A stretch of DNA of 64,000 bases, taken from assembly GCA_965195345.1 (NCBI GenBank), contig OZ239628.1, positions 1,280,001 to 1,344,000 on the forward strand, written 5' to 3'. Below the pieces are notes generated by a model that was not told the DNA's origin, made no database searches, and worked only from the letters and a program-made list of their open reading frames with translations. The DNA comes from an uncultured Thiomicrospira sp. (GTDB lineage: Bacteria; Pseudomonadota; Gammaproteobacteria; CAKMZV01). This document shows positions 54,194 to 64,000 of the stretch, in pieces (position 1 is the first letter of the stretch; each line of letters begins with the position of its first letter). The position numbers and the translations under genes are program-made.

Positions 54194-55128
54194 GCAATCA
54201 TTGCTACTAATTGATCAATACTTAATCCAGCTTTTTTTGCTGCCGTAGGTACCAAACTGTGATCGGTCATGCCAGGTATCGTATTAATTTCTATCAACCA
54301 TGGCTGCTCTTTTTCATCGATCATAAAATCAACCCGCCCCCAACCAGTTGCCCCCGTTACATTAAATGCTTTAAGAGCTATATCTTGTAATTGTTGAGAA
54401 TGCCGCTTTGAAAAGTTTCGTGGAGGAGATAAAAACTGTGTATCTTCGGCAATATATTTTGCATGATAATCATATATTCCACTGGATGGTATGATTTCAA
54501 TGGCGGGCAAAGCAACGTCCGAAACAATACCGACTGTTATTTCCTTTCCTTTAATGTATTGCTCAACCATCATAAATGTAAATTGTTGTGTTTTTTCCAA
54601 CGCTGCATTTAGTTCGTCTGTATTGTGAACAATAAAAAGGCCCAATGATGATCCTTGTGCAACAGGTTTAACAACCAGTGGAAACGGAATTTTCAGTTCA
54701 TTAGCCGACTTCAATTGTTGCGACTGTGGTGTTTTAAACCCATATGCCTCCCACACTTTCTTAGTCTGAATTTTATTCATGCACAATGCGGAAGCTTGTG
54801 CTTTGCTACCAACATAAGGGATCCCCATCCCATCAAGCAAACATTGCATGCCTCCATCTTCTCCAAACTCTCCGTGCAAAATTGAAAAAACTTTATCAGG
54901 CTTCACTTCCTGAAGTTGTTTTTCAACATCATCCCAACGATCAATAACTACATCAACCACATCAGCTCCAGAGCGCACAAGTGCTTCAAGTACAAATTGA
55001 CCACTTATGAGCGAAACCGCTCGCTCTCCAGATTCGCCTCCGCGCAAAATTGCTAAACGACCTAATTTAGGTAATTTATTAATCGCGACATTAGCCTGTT
55101 CAATTAAGTTCATTACTTGCTTGTTCAC
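54184..55128 (-). CDS. ddl: D-alanine--D-alanine ligase
   Basis: GGESGERAVS, LHGEFGEDG, GSSLG, YDYHAKY, EINTIPG. Confidence 0.95.
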   Translation of the reverse strand: MNKQVMNLIEQANVAINKLPKLGRLAILRGGESGERAVSLISGQFVLEALVRSGADVVDVVIDRWDDVEKQLQEVKPDKVFSILHGEFGEDGGMQCLLDGMGIPYVGSKAQASALCMNKIQTKKVWEAYGFKTPQSQQLKSANELKIPFPLVVKPVAQGSSLGLFIVHNTDELNAALEKTQQFTFMMVEQYIKGKEITVGIVSDVALPAIEIIPSSGIYDYHAKYIAEDTQFLSPPRNFSKRHSQQLQDIALKAFNVTGATGWGRVDFMIDEKEQPWLIEINTIPGMTDHSLVPTAAKKAGLSIDQLVAMIACN

Positions 55129-56515
55129 TTGGCATATCTTGCATTAACTGGCGCATCCACCCCGAAATACTCCCTGCTCCCATGCTAATTAAAATGTCTT
55201 CTTCTTCAACTATATTGCTAAGCACATCCTCCAATTCAATATTATCAGCAACCTGTATTAGGTGCTTCACCCCGCGCAAACGCAATGCGTTAGCTATCGT
55301 TTCTGCACTACCACCTTGTGAAGGATCTTCTCCAGCTGAACAAACATCCATCAGAATAAGCACGTCTGGTGTAACCAAACTCAATTCACGCACAAAACGA
55401 TCAAACAATTCAATAATTCGACTGTAACGATGAGGCTGAAAAATCAATATTCTTCTTTTATCTGGCCAACAACGGATAACTGCGTCCCACGTAACAGCCA
55501 ATTCTTTAGGATGATGCGCGTAATCATCCACCCATGTTAATGGTTTAGACTGAAAAGAAACTTCATGTATTTCAAAACGCCGCCCTACTCCAGAAAAACT
55601 TTCCAATGCCTCTTTTACATCTTTTAAAGAAATATCCAGCTTATCAGCAACAGCTATTGCTGCTAAGGCATTGCAAACGCTATGAACACCTGGGAAATTT
55701 AAAATTATCCTCCCATTGGGTACTCCTCTTACTTCGAGGTTAAAGTGCATTTTTATCCCTTCTTGCTTTAAATTGGTTGCACGGAAGTCTGCTTCTTCAC
55801 TCAATCCGTAAGTAACCACTTTACGAGCAATATTTGGCATGATTTGGCGCACACCCTCATCATCTATGCACAGGACAGCAAGCCCCCAAAAAGGCAAATG
55901 ATGTAAAAAATCAGAAAATGCGTTATACAAAACCTGTATTTTATGATCGTAAGTTTGCATATGATCTTCATCAATATTGGTCACAACCGAAATAACGGGT
56001 TGTAGCTGTAAAAATGAACCATCGCTTTCATCCGCTTCAGCAACTAAGTACTGCCCTTCACCCAGCTTTGCATTTGCAGATATTGCATTAAAGCGCCCTC
56101 CAATAACATAGGTAGGATCTAACTTTGCGCTAGCGAGGACGGTAGCGATCATTGAAGTCGTCGTAGTTTTCCCATGCGTTCCCGCAACGGCAATACCATA
56201 TTTAAAACGCATCAATTCAGCCAACATTTGTGCACGCGTTATAACGGGTATACGAGCTTCTTTTGCTGTAATTAATTCAACATTGTCCGATGCTATCGCA
56301 GAAGAGACCACCACCACATCAGCGCCCAAAAGGGCTTCGGAAGAATGACCAATAAATATCTTTGCGCCTTGTTTGCGCAATCGATGTGTCATCGCACTAT
56401 TTTGAATATCACTTCCAGTAATATTGTAGCCAACACCAATAAGCAACTCAGCTATTCCTGACATTCCTGTGCCGCCTATACCAACAAGATGAATGTGTTG
56501 CACACTTTCTCGCAT
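55100..56515 (-). CDS. murC: UDP-N-acetylmuramate--L-alanine ligase
   Basis: GIGGTGMSG, GTHGKTTT, EADESDGSF, DDYAHHP. Confidence 0.97.
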   Translation of the reverse strand: MRESVQHIHLVGIGGTGMSGIAELLIGVGYNITGSDIQNSAMTHRLRKQGAKIFIGHSSEALLGADVVVVSSAIASDNVELITAKEARIPVITRAQMLAELMRFKYGIAVAGTHGKTTTTSMIATVLASAKLDPTYVIGGRFNAISANAKLGEGQYLVAEADESDGSFLQLQPVISVVTNIDEDHMQTYDHKIQVLYNAFSDFLHHLPFWGLAVLCIDDEGVRQIMPNIARKVVTYGLSEEADFRATNLKQEGIKMHFNLEVRGVPNGRIILNFPGVHSVCNALAAIAVADKLDISLKDVKEALESFSGVGRRFEIHEVSFQSKPLTWVDDYAHHPKELAVTWDAVIRCWPDKRRILIFQPHRYSRIIELFDRFVRELSLVTPDVLILMDVCSAGEDPSQGGSAETIANALRLRGVKHLIQVADNIELEDVLSNIVEEEDILISMGAGSISGWMRQLMQDMPSEQASNELN

Positions 56516-56610
56516 ACTTTTCCTTATATTATTTAACCTTTATAAACCTACGCAACTATGAATAAGTGCTAAAGCGTTCATTTTCAAAAATTTATTATAA
56601 AGTCTGTTCT

Positions 56611-57744
56611 TTATATTCGCTTGTTAGACAAAACATCAGCATTTGTATCATCCAACTGTTGTAAGCATAATTTGCTTACCTGTTGAGTAGCATTGTTTTC
56701 AATCTGCTTTAGTGTATTATGCGCGCGCTCAATCAAAAGCGGATTATTGTATAAATCTATTATTTTTCCTGTTAAGCTTTCAACGTTCAAATTACTTTGT
56801 TGCATCACCCATCCTCCACCGTTTTTTTGAAAAAGTGACGCATTGACACTTTGATGATCGTGGGTAGCGTAAGGAAATGGTATAAGTATTGCAGGTTTTT
56901 GAACTTGTGTAAGTTCACTTATTGTGATTGCTCCAGAACGTGCAATAACGACATCAGTATTGCTATAGGCTGTCATCATATTATCTATAAAGTCGACCAA
57001 TTCCAATTGCCCTGAAGCCACCATATCTGAATATTGTAACGCTATGCTTTCAGAACGTCCACGTCCACATTGCAATAAACATTTAATGTGTCTCCCATCT
57101 TGCAATAGCGATTGGATAGTTCTCGGTATAATTTCATTAAATGCTACAGCACCTAAACTGCCTCCAAACACCAAAATTTTCAGTGGTCGTTTTTCATCAA
57201 AAAATGTCGGCGCACTCCAATTTAATCTATGGATGCTTCCACGCAATGGATTGCCTGTGGTTACCACTTTTTTGCCTTTTGGAAATGCACCATCAAATCC
57301 TTGACAAACTGTTCCTGCAAAATAAAAAGCAAATCTATTACCTACTCCAGCGCGTGCATTTTGTTCATGCAATATGATAGGGATTTTCAAGAATCTGGCT
57401 GCTAAGACCGTCGGAACACTGATATACCCCCCCATAACCAACAACACACTATTACTGCGCAAAACTCTTAAAATTTTTTGACATTGCAAAAAAGACCTAA
57501 ATAGCTTCCAAAGCAATGTTAACCATTGCATCAATCCTTTTCCTAGAAATCCAGAAAAATTGATGGAATGAAAGGTATGCGGTGTATGAGAAACAATGTC
57601 CTCTTCCATGCTAGATGAAATGCCAATCCAATGAACTTTAGCGCTTTGCTCGTAAACATAATTAGCAACAGCAAGCGCTGGGAAAATATGCCCGCCCGTA
57701 CCAGCAGCAGCCACTATGAGCGTTTTATTTTTCCACAACTTCAT
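56611..57744 (-). CDS. murG: lipid II GlcNAc transferase
   Basis: AAGTGGHIFP, HEQN, GNPLR, GGSLGA, RSGA; ATGA overlap with ftsW places the start at 57744. Confidence 0.95.
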   Translation of the reverse strand: MKLWKNKTLIVAAAGTGGHIFPALAVANYVYEQSAKVHWIGISSSMEEDIVSHTPHTFHSINFSGFLGKGLMQWLTLLWKLFRSFLQCQKILRVLRSNSVLLVMGGYISVPTVLAARFLKIPIILHEQNARAGVGNRFAFYFAGTVCQGFDGAFPKGKKVVTTGNPLRGSIHRLNWSAPTFFDEKRPLKILVFGGSLGAVAFNEIIPRTIQSLLQDGRHIKCLLQCGRGRSESIALQYSDMVASGQLELVDFIDNMMTAYSNTDVVIARSGAITISELTQVQKPAILIPFPYATHDHQSVNASLFQKNGGGWVMQQSNLNVESLTGKIIDLYNNPLLIERAHNTLKQIENNATQQVSKLCLQQLDDTNADVLSNKRI

Positions 57745-58925
57745 AACAAACGCCTCAACTCTATGTCGGCTCTTAAAACAAGTCCAAAAGTAATACACAT
57801 CATTAACAAATTACTACCTCCATGACTGATCAATGGCAGTATCAATCCTTTGGGAGGAAGCAACCCGAAAGCAGAACCTATGTTGACAATAATTTGAAAT
57901 AAAATCCAAAGACCTAGCCCAAGCGGCAATGATCCCAGAAATAATGCTTTAACTTTCCATGCTCTAATCACCATAGCGAACAAGCGCCAAAGAATCGTCA
58001 AGTATAGTGATAAAACTATGCAAAACCCAATAAAACCAACTTCTTCAATAATAACTGCAATGATGAAATCAGAATGCTGATCGGGCAAAAAACCCGTCTT
58101 CTGTACAGAATTCCCCAAGCCTACTCCAAACCATCCACCTTCTGATATAGCCATCAAAGAATTCGACACCTGATAACCTGCACCTTCCTTATGAGCCCAT
58201 GGATCAAGAAAAGTCAACCACCGTTGCAGGCGATATTCTGTAAAAAAGATAAGCGAAAAAAGCAAGCCGACAACGCCCGTTGAAAGAATAGCGTACCCTA
58301 TTAGATTTGCTCCTGCGAAAAACATCATTCCCATAACAATAAAAAGCATTCCCGCCATTGCGCCAGCATCTGGCTCAAAAAACAACAGCAACAACACCAA
58401 TGCCATAGGTAACGTGACCACTTTCAATGTGTTGTGCCAATCTCTGCGCATGACTACAGAAAACTTTTCTATATAGCCTGCCATGAATATTATGAAAGCA
58501 AATTTCATATATTCCGAAGGTTGAAAACTAAAACCTGGTAGATTTAACCAACGGCGACTTCCTTTGATTTCCACACCAATTCCTGGGATGAGCACCAAAA
58601 TGAGCATAGTCAAGCCAATAATAAATATCGGCCATCGCAATGTGCGCCAAATATCCAATGGAATTTTGCTGATAAACCAAAACAATAGCAGTCCAAAAAA
58701 AAGCACACTCCACTGCCTTAAAGCCATTACGGCTGGCAAATTAAAATGTGTTTGACTGTAGTAGACGGTTGCTGATAAAACCATCACGCTGCCGAACATA
58801 ATGATAAGAGAAAATGCACCCCAAAGGATATGGTCTATTTCGCCATTAAGAAGTGCGCTGATATTTGATGATATTTTATCTTTCACCATAGGTGACGCAT
58901 TGTACTCATCAAAGGAGTGTGGCAT
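57741..58925 (-). CDS. ftsW: peptidoglycan glycosyltransferase FtsW
   Basis: GSRRW, FQPSE, GLGNSVQK, HSDFI, LPLISHGG; upstream of murG. Confidence 0.94.
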   Translation of the reverse strand: MPHSFDEYNASPMVKDKISSNISALLNGEIDHILWGAFSLIIMFGSVMVLSATVYYSQTHFNLPAVMALRQWSVLFFGLLLFWFISKIPLDIWRTLRWPIFIIGLTMLILVLIPGIGVEIKGSRRWLNLPGFSFQPSEYMKFAFIIFMAGYIEKFSVVMRRDWHNTLKVVTLPMALVLLLLFFEPDAGAMAGMLFIVMGMMFFAGANLIGYAILSTGVVGLLFSLIFFTEYRLQRWLTFLDPWAHKEGAGYQVSNSLMAISEGGWFGVGLGNSVQKTGFLPDQHSDFIIAVIIEEVGFIGFCIVLSLYLTILWRLFAMVIRAWKVKALFLGSLPLGLGLWILFQIIVNIGSAFGLLPPKGLILPLISHGGSNLLMMCITFGLVLRADIELRRLL

Positions 58926-59215
58926 TTGAATTTGCTGTTAAATACTTTTGATATACTTGCATCACCCATAAAATGTGTTTATTGCACTTTGTTTGCCAGC
59001 GACTCCTTATTCAGGGTTTATCTTTCAAAGATTTGAAAAATAACTATATATCATTTTTGATATTAATAAAGCCATTATGTAAATAAAATATAGACTAATA
59101 GATGACATTAGTATATCGTTTATGTAATTTATTGTTGAATAAGTTATTTTAAATTTCCACCTTGATTTCGATTGTAATTACATTTGAGATTACGGAAGAG
59201 TGTAAAATTTCAAGA

Positions 59216-60232
59216 ATGCATACAATCCTTTCCATTGATGGTGGCGGAATACGAGGCTTGATTCCTGCTCGCCTACTAAAGTGGGTTGAAAAAAGGCTTC
59301 AAGAGAAGACTGATAATAATGAATTGCGCCTTGCTGACGTGTTTGACTTCATGGCAGGAACATCCACTGGTGGCATTATGGTTAGTGCTTACCTTAAGGC
59401 GCATCCCGATACTAAGCGTCCTGAGTTTAGCACAGATGAAGTTGAACAGCTCTACATCAAAAACGGTGCAAAGATATTTGATTTGAATGCTTTTCAACAA
59501 CTAAAAAGCGGTTGGGGAATAGCTGACTCCAAATTCTCTTCAGCAGGTATTGAGGATTGTATGTTAAAGTATTTTGGCAATACAAAGACGAGTGAGTTAC
59601 TGCGTCCTTGCATAATAACTGCTTATGATTTGCACTCTCACAACAGTCTGTTTTTTGGTCAACATCATGCTTTGGAAAACCCCACTAAAGATTTTTATGT
59701 CCGTGATATAACGAGAGCGACTTCAAGTGCTCCGGTTTTCTTCCCAGCAGCCGATGTGTCAAGCATTGATGGGAAAAAAGAATTCTTATGCATAGATGGT
59801 AGCTTATTCGCATATAGCCCTGCTATTTCTGCTTATGCTGAGATGCGTCGGTTAAATCCAGAAGATCATGCCGATTCAATGTTCCTGTTGTCGCTCGGCA
59901 CAGGTGAAGCAGTATTAGATCATTCGCACGAAACAATTAAACACTGGGGCATGTTTGAGTGGTCACAAGTGCTTAGTGATTTGGTTTGCGACTCCAATGG
60001 GAACAACGTTGATTTTAACCTTAATCAAGTTTTCAGGAATTCTCCTGATCAATACTATCGGTTAAATCCAATGATAAAAGGCAAAGTTCCCATGATGGAA
60101 GCAAGTAAAAAAAGCATAAGAAATATTCTCACTATTGCAGATAGTTACATTGAAGAAAATCAAAGCCAGCTAGAGAAAATAGCAGATATATTATTCAAAA
60201 ATTTTGAAGAAAGATCATCAAAGATTTCATGA
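59216..60232 (+). CDS. patatin-like phospholipase
   Basis: LSIDGGGIRG, AGTSTGG (GxSxG), RATSSAP, DGS variant of DGG, SLGTG. Confidence 0.9.
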   Translation: MHTILSIDGGGIRGLIPARLLKWVEKRLQEKTDNNELRLADVFDFMAGTSTGGIMVSAYLKAHPDTKRPEFSTDEVEQLYIKNGAKIFDLNAFQQLKSGWGIADSKFSSAGIEDCMLKYFGNTKTSELLRPCIITAYDLHSHNSLFFGQHHALENPTKDFYVRDITRATSSAPVFFPAADVSSIDGKKEFLCIDGSLFAYSPAISAYAEMRRLNPEDHADSMFLLSLGTGEAVLDHSHETIKHWGMFEWSQVLSDLVCDSNGNNVDFNLNQVFRNSPDQYYRLNPMIKGKVPMMEASKKSIRNILTIADSYIEENQSQLEKIADILFKNFEERSSKIS

Positions 60233-61908
60233 GAAAAGCATCATTAAACATTTCTAAACCTTGGTTAACAAGCTACCCTCCAGGGGTTCCAGAGTTTATA
60301 GATGCAGATAAATACGAAAACATTCCATTGCTAATTGATGAGGCTTGTCAAAAATTTAGCGAGCGCGTTGCCTTTGAAAACTTTGGTGCTCAGTTAACTT
60401 TTAAAGCAATGAAAAATTTGAGCGATGCTACTGCTGCTTGGTTACAAAGCCAATCTTTTGAACAAGGGGATCGTGTTGCTATTATGATGCCCAACTGCCT
60501 CGCTTACCCAGTCATTCTTCACAGCATATTAAAAGCAGGATTATGTGTTGTTAACATTAATCCACAATACTCTGTTCGAGAGCTTAAGCACGTTTTGAAT
60601 GATAGCAAGGCAAAACTCATATTTTTGTGGGAAGGATCCGCTCATACCCTAAGCATTACAAAAATAGATGCTCCAATAAAACTAGTACTCGTTACCATCG
60701 GTGATTTGATGGGCATCAAAGGTATTGCGATAAACGCTGTAATTCGTTATGTTAAAAAAGCAGTCAAACCCTTTTCAATGACAAGCGCAATACCTTTTTC
60801 AGAAGTCATTAAATTAGGGAAAAAACGAAACCTTCACCAAGTAAAAATCAATTCAACTGATACTGCTTTTTTTCAATACACTGGTGGAACAACTGGCGCA
60901 TCCAAAGCTGCAATTCTGACTCATCGCAATCTCATCGCCAATACCGAACAAGCGGACGCATACCTCAACCCTACTCTGACACGTGCTGATAAGCAGATAA
61001 CTATCATTGCGCCATTACCGCTGTATCACATCTTTTCACTTATGGTTAACGGTATATTGATGCCAAAACTGGGGGCACTGAATGTCCTCATTACTAATCC
61101 TAAAGATATATCTTCTTTTATTAAAACACTGAGTAGTCATAAATTCAATGCACTGCCTGGAGTAAATACACTGTTTGCGGCACTGCTTGATCATCCTAAT
61201 TTCGCTAGCGTTGATTTCTCACATCTGCAATTAACGCTTGGTGGTGGTATGGCTGTACAAAGCAATACCGCGCGCCAATGGCAAAGCACCACAGGGTGTC
61301 CAATACATCAGGCTTATGGCTTAACTGAAACTTCACCTGGGGTGTGTGTGATGCCTCACACTAATCTCGAATTTTCAGGGAGCATTGGCTTACCACTCCC
61401 CTCAACAGAAGTAGTCATTTTTGATGATTTCAATAACCCTCAGCCTACAGGAGAAATTGGCGAATTATGTGTTCGTGGACCGCAAGTCATGCAAGGTTAT
61501 TGGCAAGAGAACGAAGACATTGAGGATACTGATCACACCAACTGGCTACGTACTGGTGATATTGCTAAAATCGATGAAAATGGCTATGTGTATATAGTTG
61601 ATCGAAAAAATGATATGATCTTAACATCCGGCTTTAATGTATATCCAAATGAAATTGAAGATGTGTTAACCTCTCATCCTGCAATTAAAGAATGTGGTTG
61701 CATAGGTGTGGATGATGAGCGAAGCGGGCAGATAGTAAAAGCTTATATCGTTTTTAATGCTTCATTTGCTGCAACCGACGAAGAGTTAAAGGCATTTTGT
61801 GAAACACAATTAACCAGCTACAAAATACCAAAACTATTCGAATCCATTGATGCACTTCCGAAAAATAATGTCGGGAAGGTTCTTCGACGCGAACTACGTA
61901 CGATTTAA
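60229..61908 (+). CDS. fadD: long-chain fatty acid--CoA ligase
   Basis: QYTGGTTGASK, AYGLTETSP, RTGD, LPKNNVGK. Confidence 0.9.
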   Translation: MRKASLNISKPWLTSYPPGVPEFIDADKYENIPLLIDEACQKFSERVAFENFGAQLTFKAMKNLSDATAAWLQSQSFEQGDRVAIMMPNCLAYPVILHSILKAGLCVVNINPQYSVRELKHVLNDSKAKLIFLWEGSAHTLSITKIDAPIKLVLVTIGDLMGIKGIAINAVIRYVKKAVKPFSMTSAIPFSEVIKLGKKRNLHQVKINSTDTAFFQYTGGTTGASKAAILTHRNLIANTEQADAYLNPTLTRADKQITIIAPLPLYHIFSLMVNGILMPKLGALNVLITNPKDISSFIKTLSSHKFNALPGVNTLFAALLDHPNFASVDFSHLQLTLGGGMAVQSNTARQWQSTTGCPIHQAYGLTETSPGVCVMPHTNLEFSGSIGLPLPSTEVVIFDDFNNPQPTGEIGELCVRGPQVMQGYWQENEDIEDTDHTNWLRTGDIAKIDENGYVYIVDRKNDMILTSGFNVYPNEIEDVLTSHPAIKECGCIGVDDERSGQIVKAYIVFNASFAATDEELKAFCETQLTSYKIPKLFESIDALPKNNVGKVLRRELRTI

Positions 61909-62053
61909 TTTACTCACTTTTATCGGCGTTATCGACGTAAAGAGGCATTATAAACACCATCCAAAATGGTTATAATAGCGACCTACGTTAGGTTCCTATA
62001 TCAAAGTTCTCAACGTAGCTTTCATCAATTCACCGTTAAGCTAATATTAAAAA

Positions 62054-63397
62054 GTGTCCTCATTAAACTACGATGTAGTAATCATTGGTGCTGGGGTAAC
62101 CGGCACTTCATTATTTTACTTACTTAATCAATTCAGCGATGTTACGTCCAGCTGTTTGATTGAAAAAAATCATGGTGTAGCCGAACTTAACTCAAGTTCA
62201 AAAGCAAATTCTCAAACGTTACATTTGGGTGAAATTGAATCTAATTATTCTCTTGAAAAAGCCAAGAAAGTCAAGTTGCAAGGCAATATGATTAGAAACT
62301 ATGCGCTTAAGCAAACCAATCGAGATGAAATCATTCACGCTTTACCTAAAATGTTGCTTGCAGTTGGTGAAAAAGAAATAGATTCTTTGCATGCTCGATA
62401 CGCTGAGTTTAAAGAATGCTATCCTGAAATTGAATGGTGGGATATTAATAAGATACATAAGTTTGAACCATTAATTGCTCAAGATGGTAATGGCAAAAAA
62501 CGTAAAGAACCTATTGCGGCTATTGGATGTGAGAAAGACTGGTGTGCGGTCAATTATTCTAAGCTGTGTGAATCCTTGCTCAACAATGCACTCGTCAACA
62601 AACCACAAGCGCACGTTTATTTTAATAGCAATGTTCATCGCATTCACAAAACCGAGTGCGGATATACCATTGAAGTTATTCGTAATGGCAACGTACTGCA
62701 AGAAATTAAAACGAAGTTTCTCGTCGTAGCTGCTGGAGCTTACAGCTTGCTATTTGCTCATCGGCTTGGTTACGGCAAACACCTTTCCACCATATCCGTA
62801 GGCGGCAGCTTTTATTTTTGCGACTTCCCTTTAAAGGGCAAGGTTTACACTATGCAGAACCCACAACTTCCATTTGCCGCAATACATGGTGACCCTGATA
62901 TCGCTGTTGATAAAACACGTATTGGACCAACCGCCGTATTTATGATGCAATTGGAGCGTTATCGTAAAGGAACTGTGAAAGATTTTTTCGAATTGATAAA
63001 GTTTGATAAAGGAATGCTGAAAGCAATTTGGAAAATCTTCAAAGAACCAGGTGTTAGAACGTATTTATTGTTAAATGTGTTGTATGAAATACCTTTTGTT
63101 CGAGAGTATCTTTTCGCCAAAAGTGCCCAAAAAATATTCCCATCTTTGACCAGTGAAAATATAACTTTTGCACAAGGTTTTGGAGGTAATCGCCCTCAAG
63201 TTATTGACCGTGCCAATGGCAATGTTATAATGGGCTCAGTTGCAGTAGCAGGTGATCGATCTTTGTTTAACATCACCCCCTCCTATGGAGCAACTGCCTG
63301 CTTAGCAAATGCAAGAGATAATCTTAGTACCATTGCTGAAAAATTAAACTTGACTATTAGCGAAGATAAAATAACTGAAGTTCTTGATTATGACTAA
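62054..63397 (+). CDS. mqo: FAD-dependent malate:quinone oxidoreductase-like protein
   Basis: IIGAGVTG, NSQTLH.GEIESNY, LPFAAIHGDPD, FNITPS.GAT; overlaps sdhC. Confidence 0.72.
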   Translation: MSSLNYDVVIIGAGVTGTSLFYLLNQFSDVTSSCLIEKNHGVAELNSSSKANSQTLHLGEIESNYSLEKAKKVKLQGNMIRNYALKQTNRDEIIHALPKMLLAVGEKEIDSLHARYAEFKECYPEIEWWDINKIHKFEPLIAQDGNGKKRKEPIAAIGCEKDWCAVNYSKLCESLLNNALVNKPQAHVYFNSNVHRIHKTECGYTIEVIRNGNVLQEIKTKFLVVAAGAYSLLFAHRLGYGKHLSTISVGGSFYFCDFPLKGKVYTMQNPQLPFAAIHGDPDIAVDKTRIGPTAVFMMQLERYRKGTVKDFFELIKFDKGMLKAIWKIFKEPGVRTYLLLNVLYEIPFVREYLFAKSAQKIFPSLTSENITFAQGFGGNRPQVIDRANGNVIMGSVAVAGDRSLFNITPSYGATACLANARDNLSTIAEKLNLTISEDKITEVLDYD

Positions 63398-63764
63398 ACG
63401 ACCGATTGTTACCTCGCCTCATTTGCAAATCTACAAGCCACAGCTCACTTCGATGTTATCGATATCACATCGCATATCGGGTATGATTTTGTTTTTGGGT
63501 TTTGTATTGCTTGCATTATCGATGAGCTTTGCAATTCTCCATCCCGTCGCCTACGATGCACTGGCTTCGTCTTTACTTTCATGGATAATTTATTTTGCTA
63601 TTTTTGCAGTAAGTGCTGCTTGGATATTCCATTTTTTAGCCGGAATTCGCCATCTTGCATGGGATAAACTGATAGGGTTAGAGCTCAGACATGCATATTG
63701 CAGTGGATACGCCGTCATTGCTATATGGGCAATAACTCTAATAGCCGTTTGGGTAATATTATGA
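63390..63764 (+). CDS. sdhC: succinate dehydrogenase cytochrome b556 subunit
   Basis: RP..SPHLQIY, SISHRISG, HFLAGIRHL.WD. Confidence 0.93.
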   Translation: MTKRPIVTSPHLQIYKPQLTSMLSISHRISGMILFLGFVLLALSMSFAILHPVAYDALASSLLSWIIYFAIFAVSAAWIFHFLAGIRHLAWDKLIGLELRHAYCSGYAVIAIWAITLIAVWVIL

Positions 63765-64000
63765 CTCCTGCTAAGCATTGGAAAATTCAAGGTTACAGCG
63801 CTTATGCCCTTATTCCACTTAGTTTGTGGCTGTTCATCAGTTTATTTAATCTAGCAGCTTATGAAGCCTATGTCCTTTTGACTTGGATTAGCCAACCCTT
63901 CAATGCCATCTTTTTTGTGCTAACTATATCGATTGGTTTTTATCACGGAAAATTAGGTGTTGATGTGATTCTTGAAGATTACATTCCAAACCCAAAGTCG
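63761..64000 (+). CDS. sdhD: succinate dehydrogenase membrane anchor (partial; runs off the window end)
   Basis: Manual translation MTPAKHWKIQ..ALIPL..HGKLGVDVILEDYIP; ATGA overlap with sdhC. Confidence 0.88.
   Translation, partial: MTPAKHWKIQGYSAYALIPLSLWLFISLFNLAAYEAYVLLTWISQPFNAIFFVLTISIGFYHGKLGVDVILEDYIPNPKS

Noticed and set aside
59216-60232. CBASS CapV effector
   Set aside because: No CD-NTase or other CBASS gene is adjacent; the gene is coupled to fadD in a core region.

Overview
AT-rich chromosomal segment of a gammaproteobacterium (inferred from the core proteins). Most of the window is housekeeping: gyrA-serC-serA-pheA-hisC-tyrA-leuB, coaE, glnE, ftsH, a peptide ABC transporter, rpsO-pnp-lgt-thyA-folA, part of the dcw cluster, rimM-trmD and mqo-sdhCD. 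Gene order is heavily shuffled, and ftsZ is missing between ftsA and lpxC. A 17 kb variable region lies between convergent tRNA-Ser (8795..8882) and tRNA-Asn (26081..26156). It holds (i) a 5.3 kb island bounded by a 19-bp duplication of the tRNA-Ser 3' end, with an intact type II Zorya system among decayed terminase, GST, P4-like integrase, hsdS/hsdR and archaeal-type SAM synthetase fragments; (ii) an intact three-gene operon of a C5 DNA methyltransferase, a MORC/GHKL-ATPase-histidine kinase fusion and a receiver protein with a HEPN-like RxxxxH tail, with no restriction nuclease, which is the best candidate for a poorly characterised defence system; and (iii) four orphan Rhs-type toxin-tip cassettes, one PLA2-like, interleaved with membrane proteins. 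All calls come from motif recognition by eye; no database searches were run.
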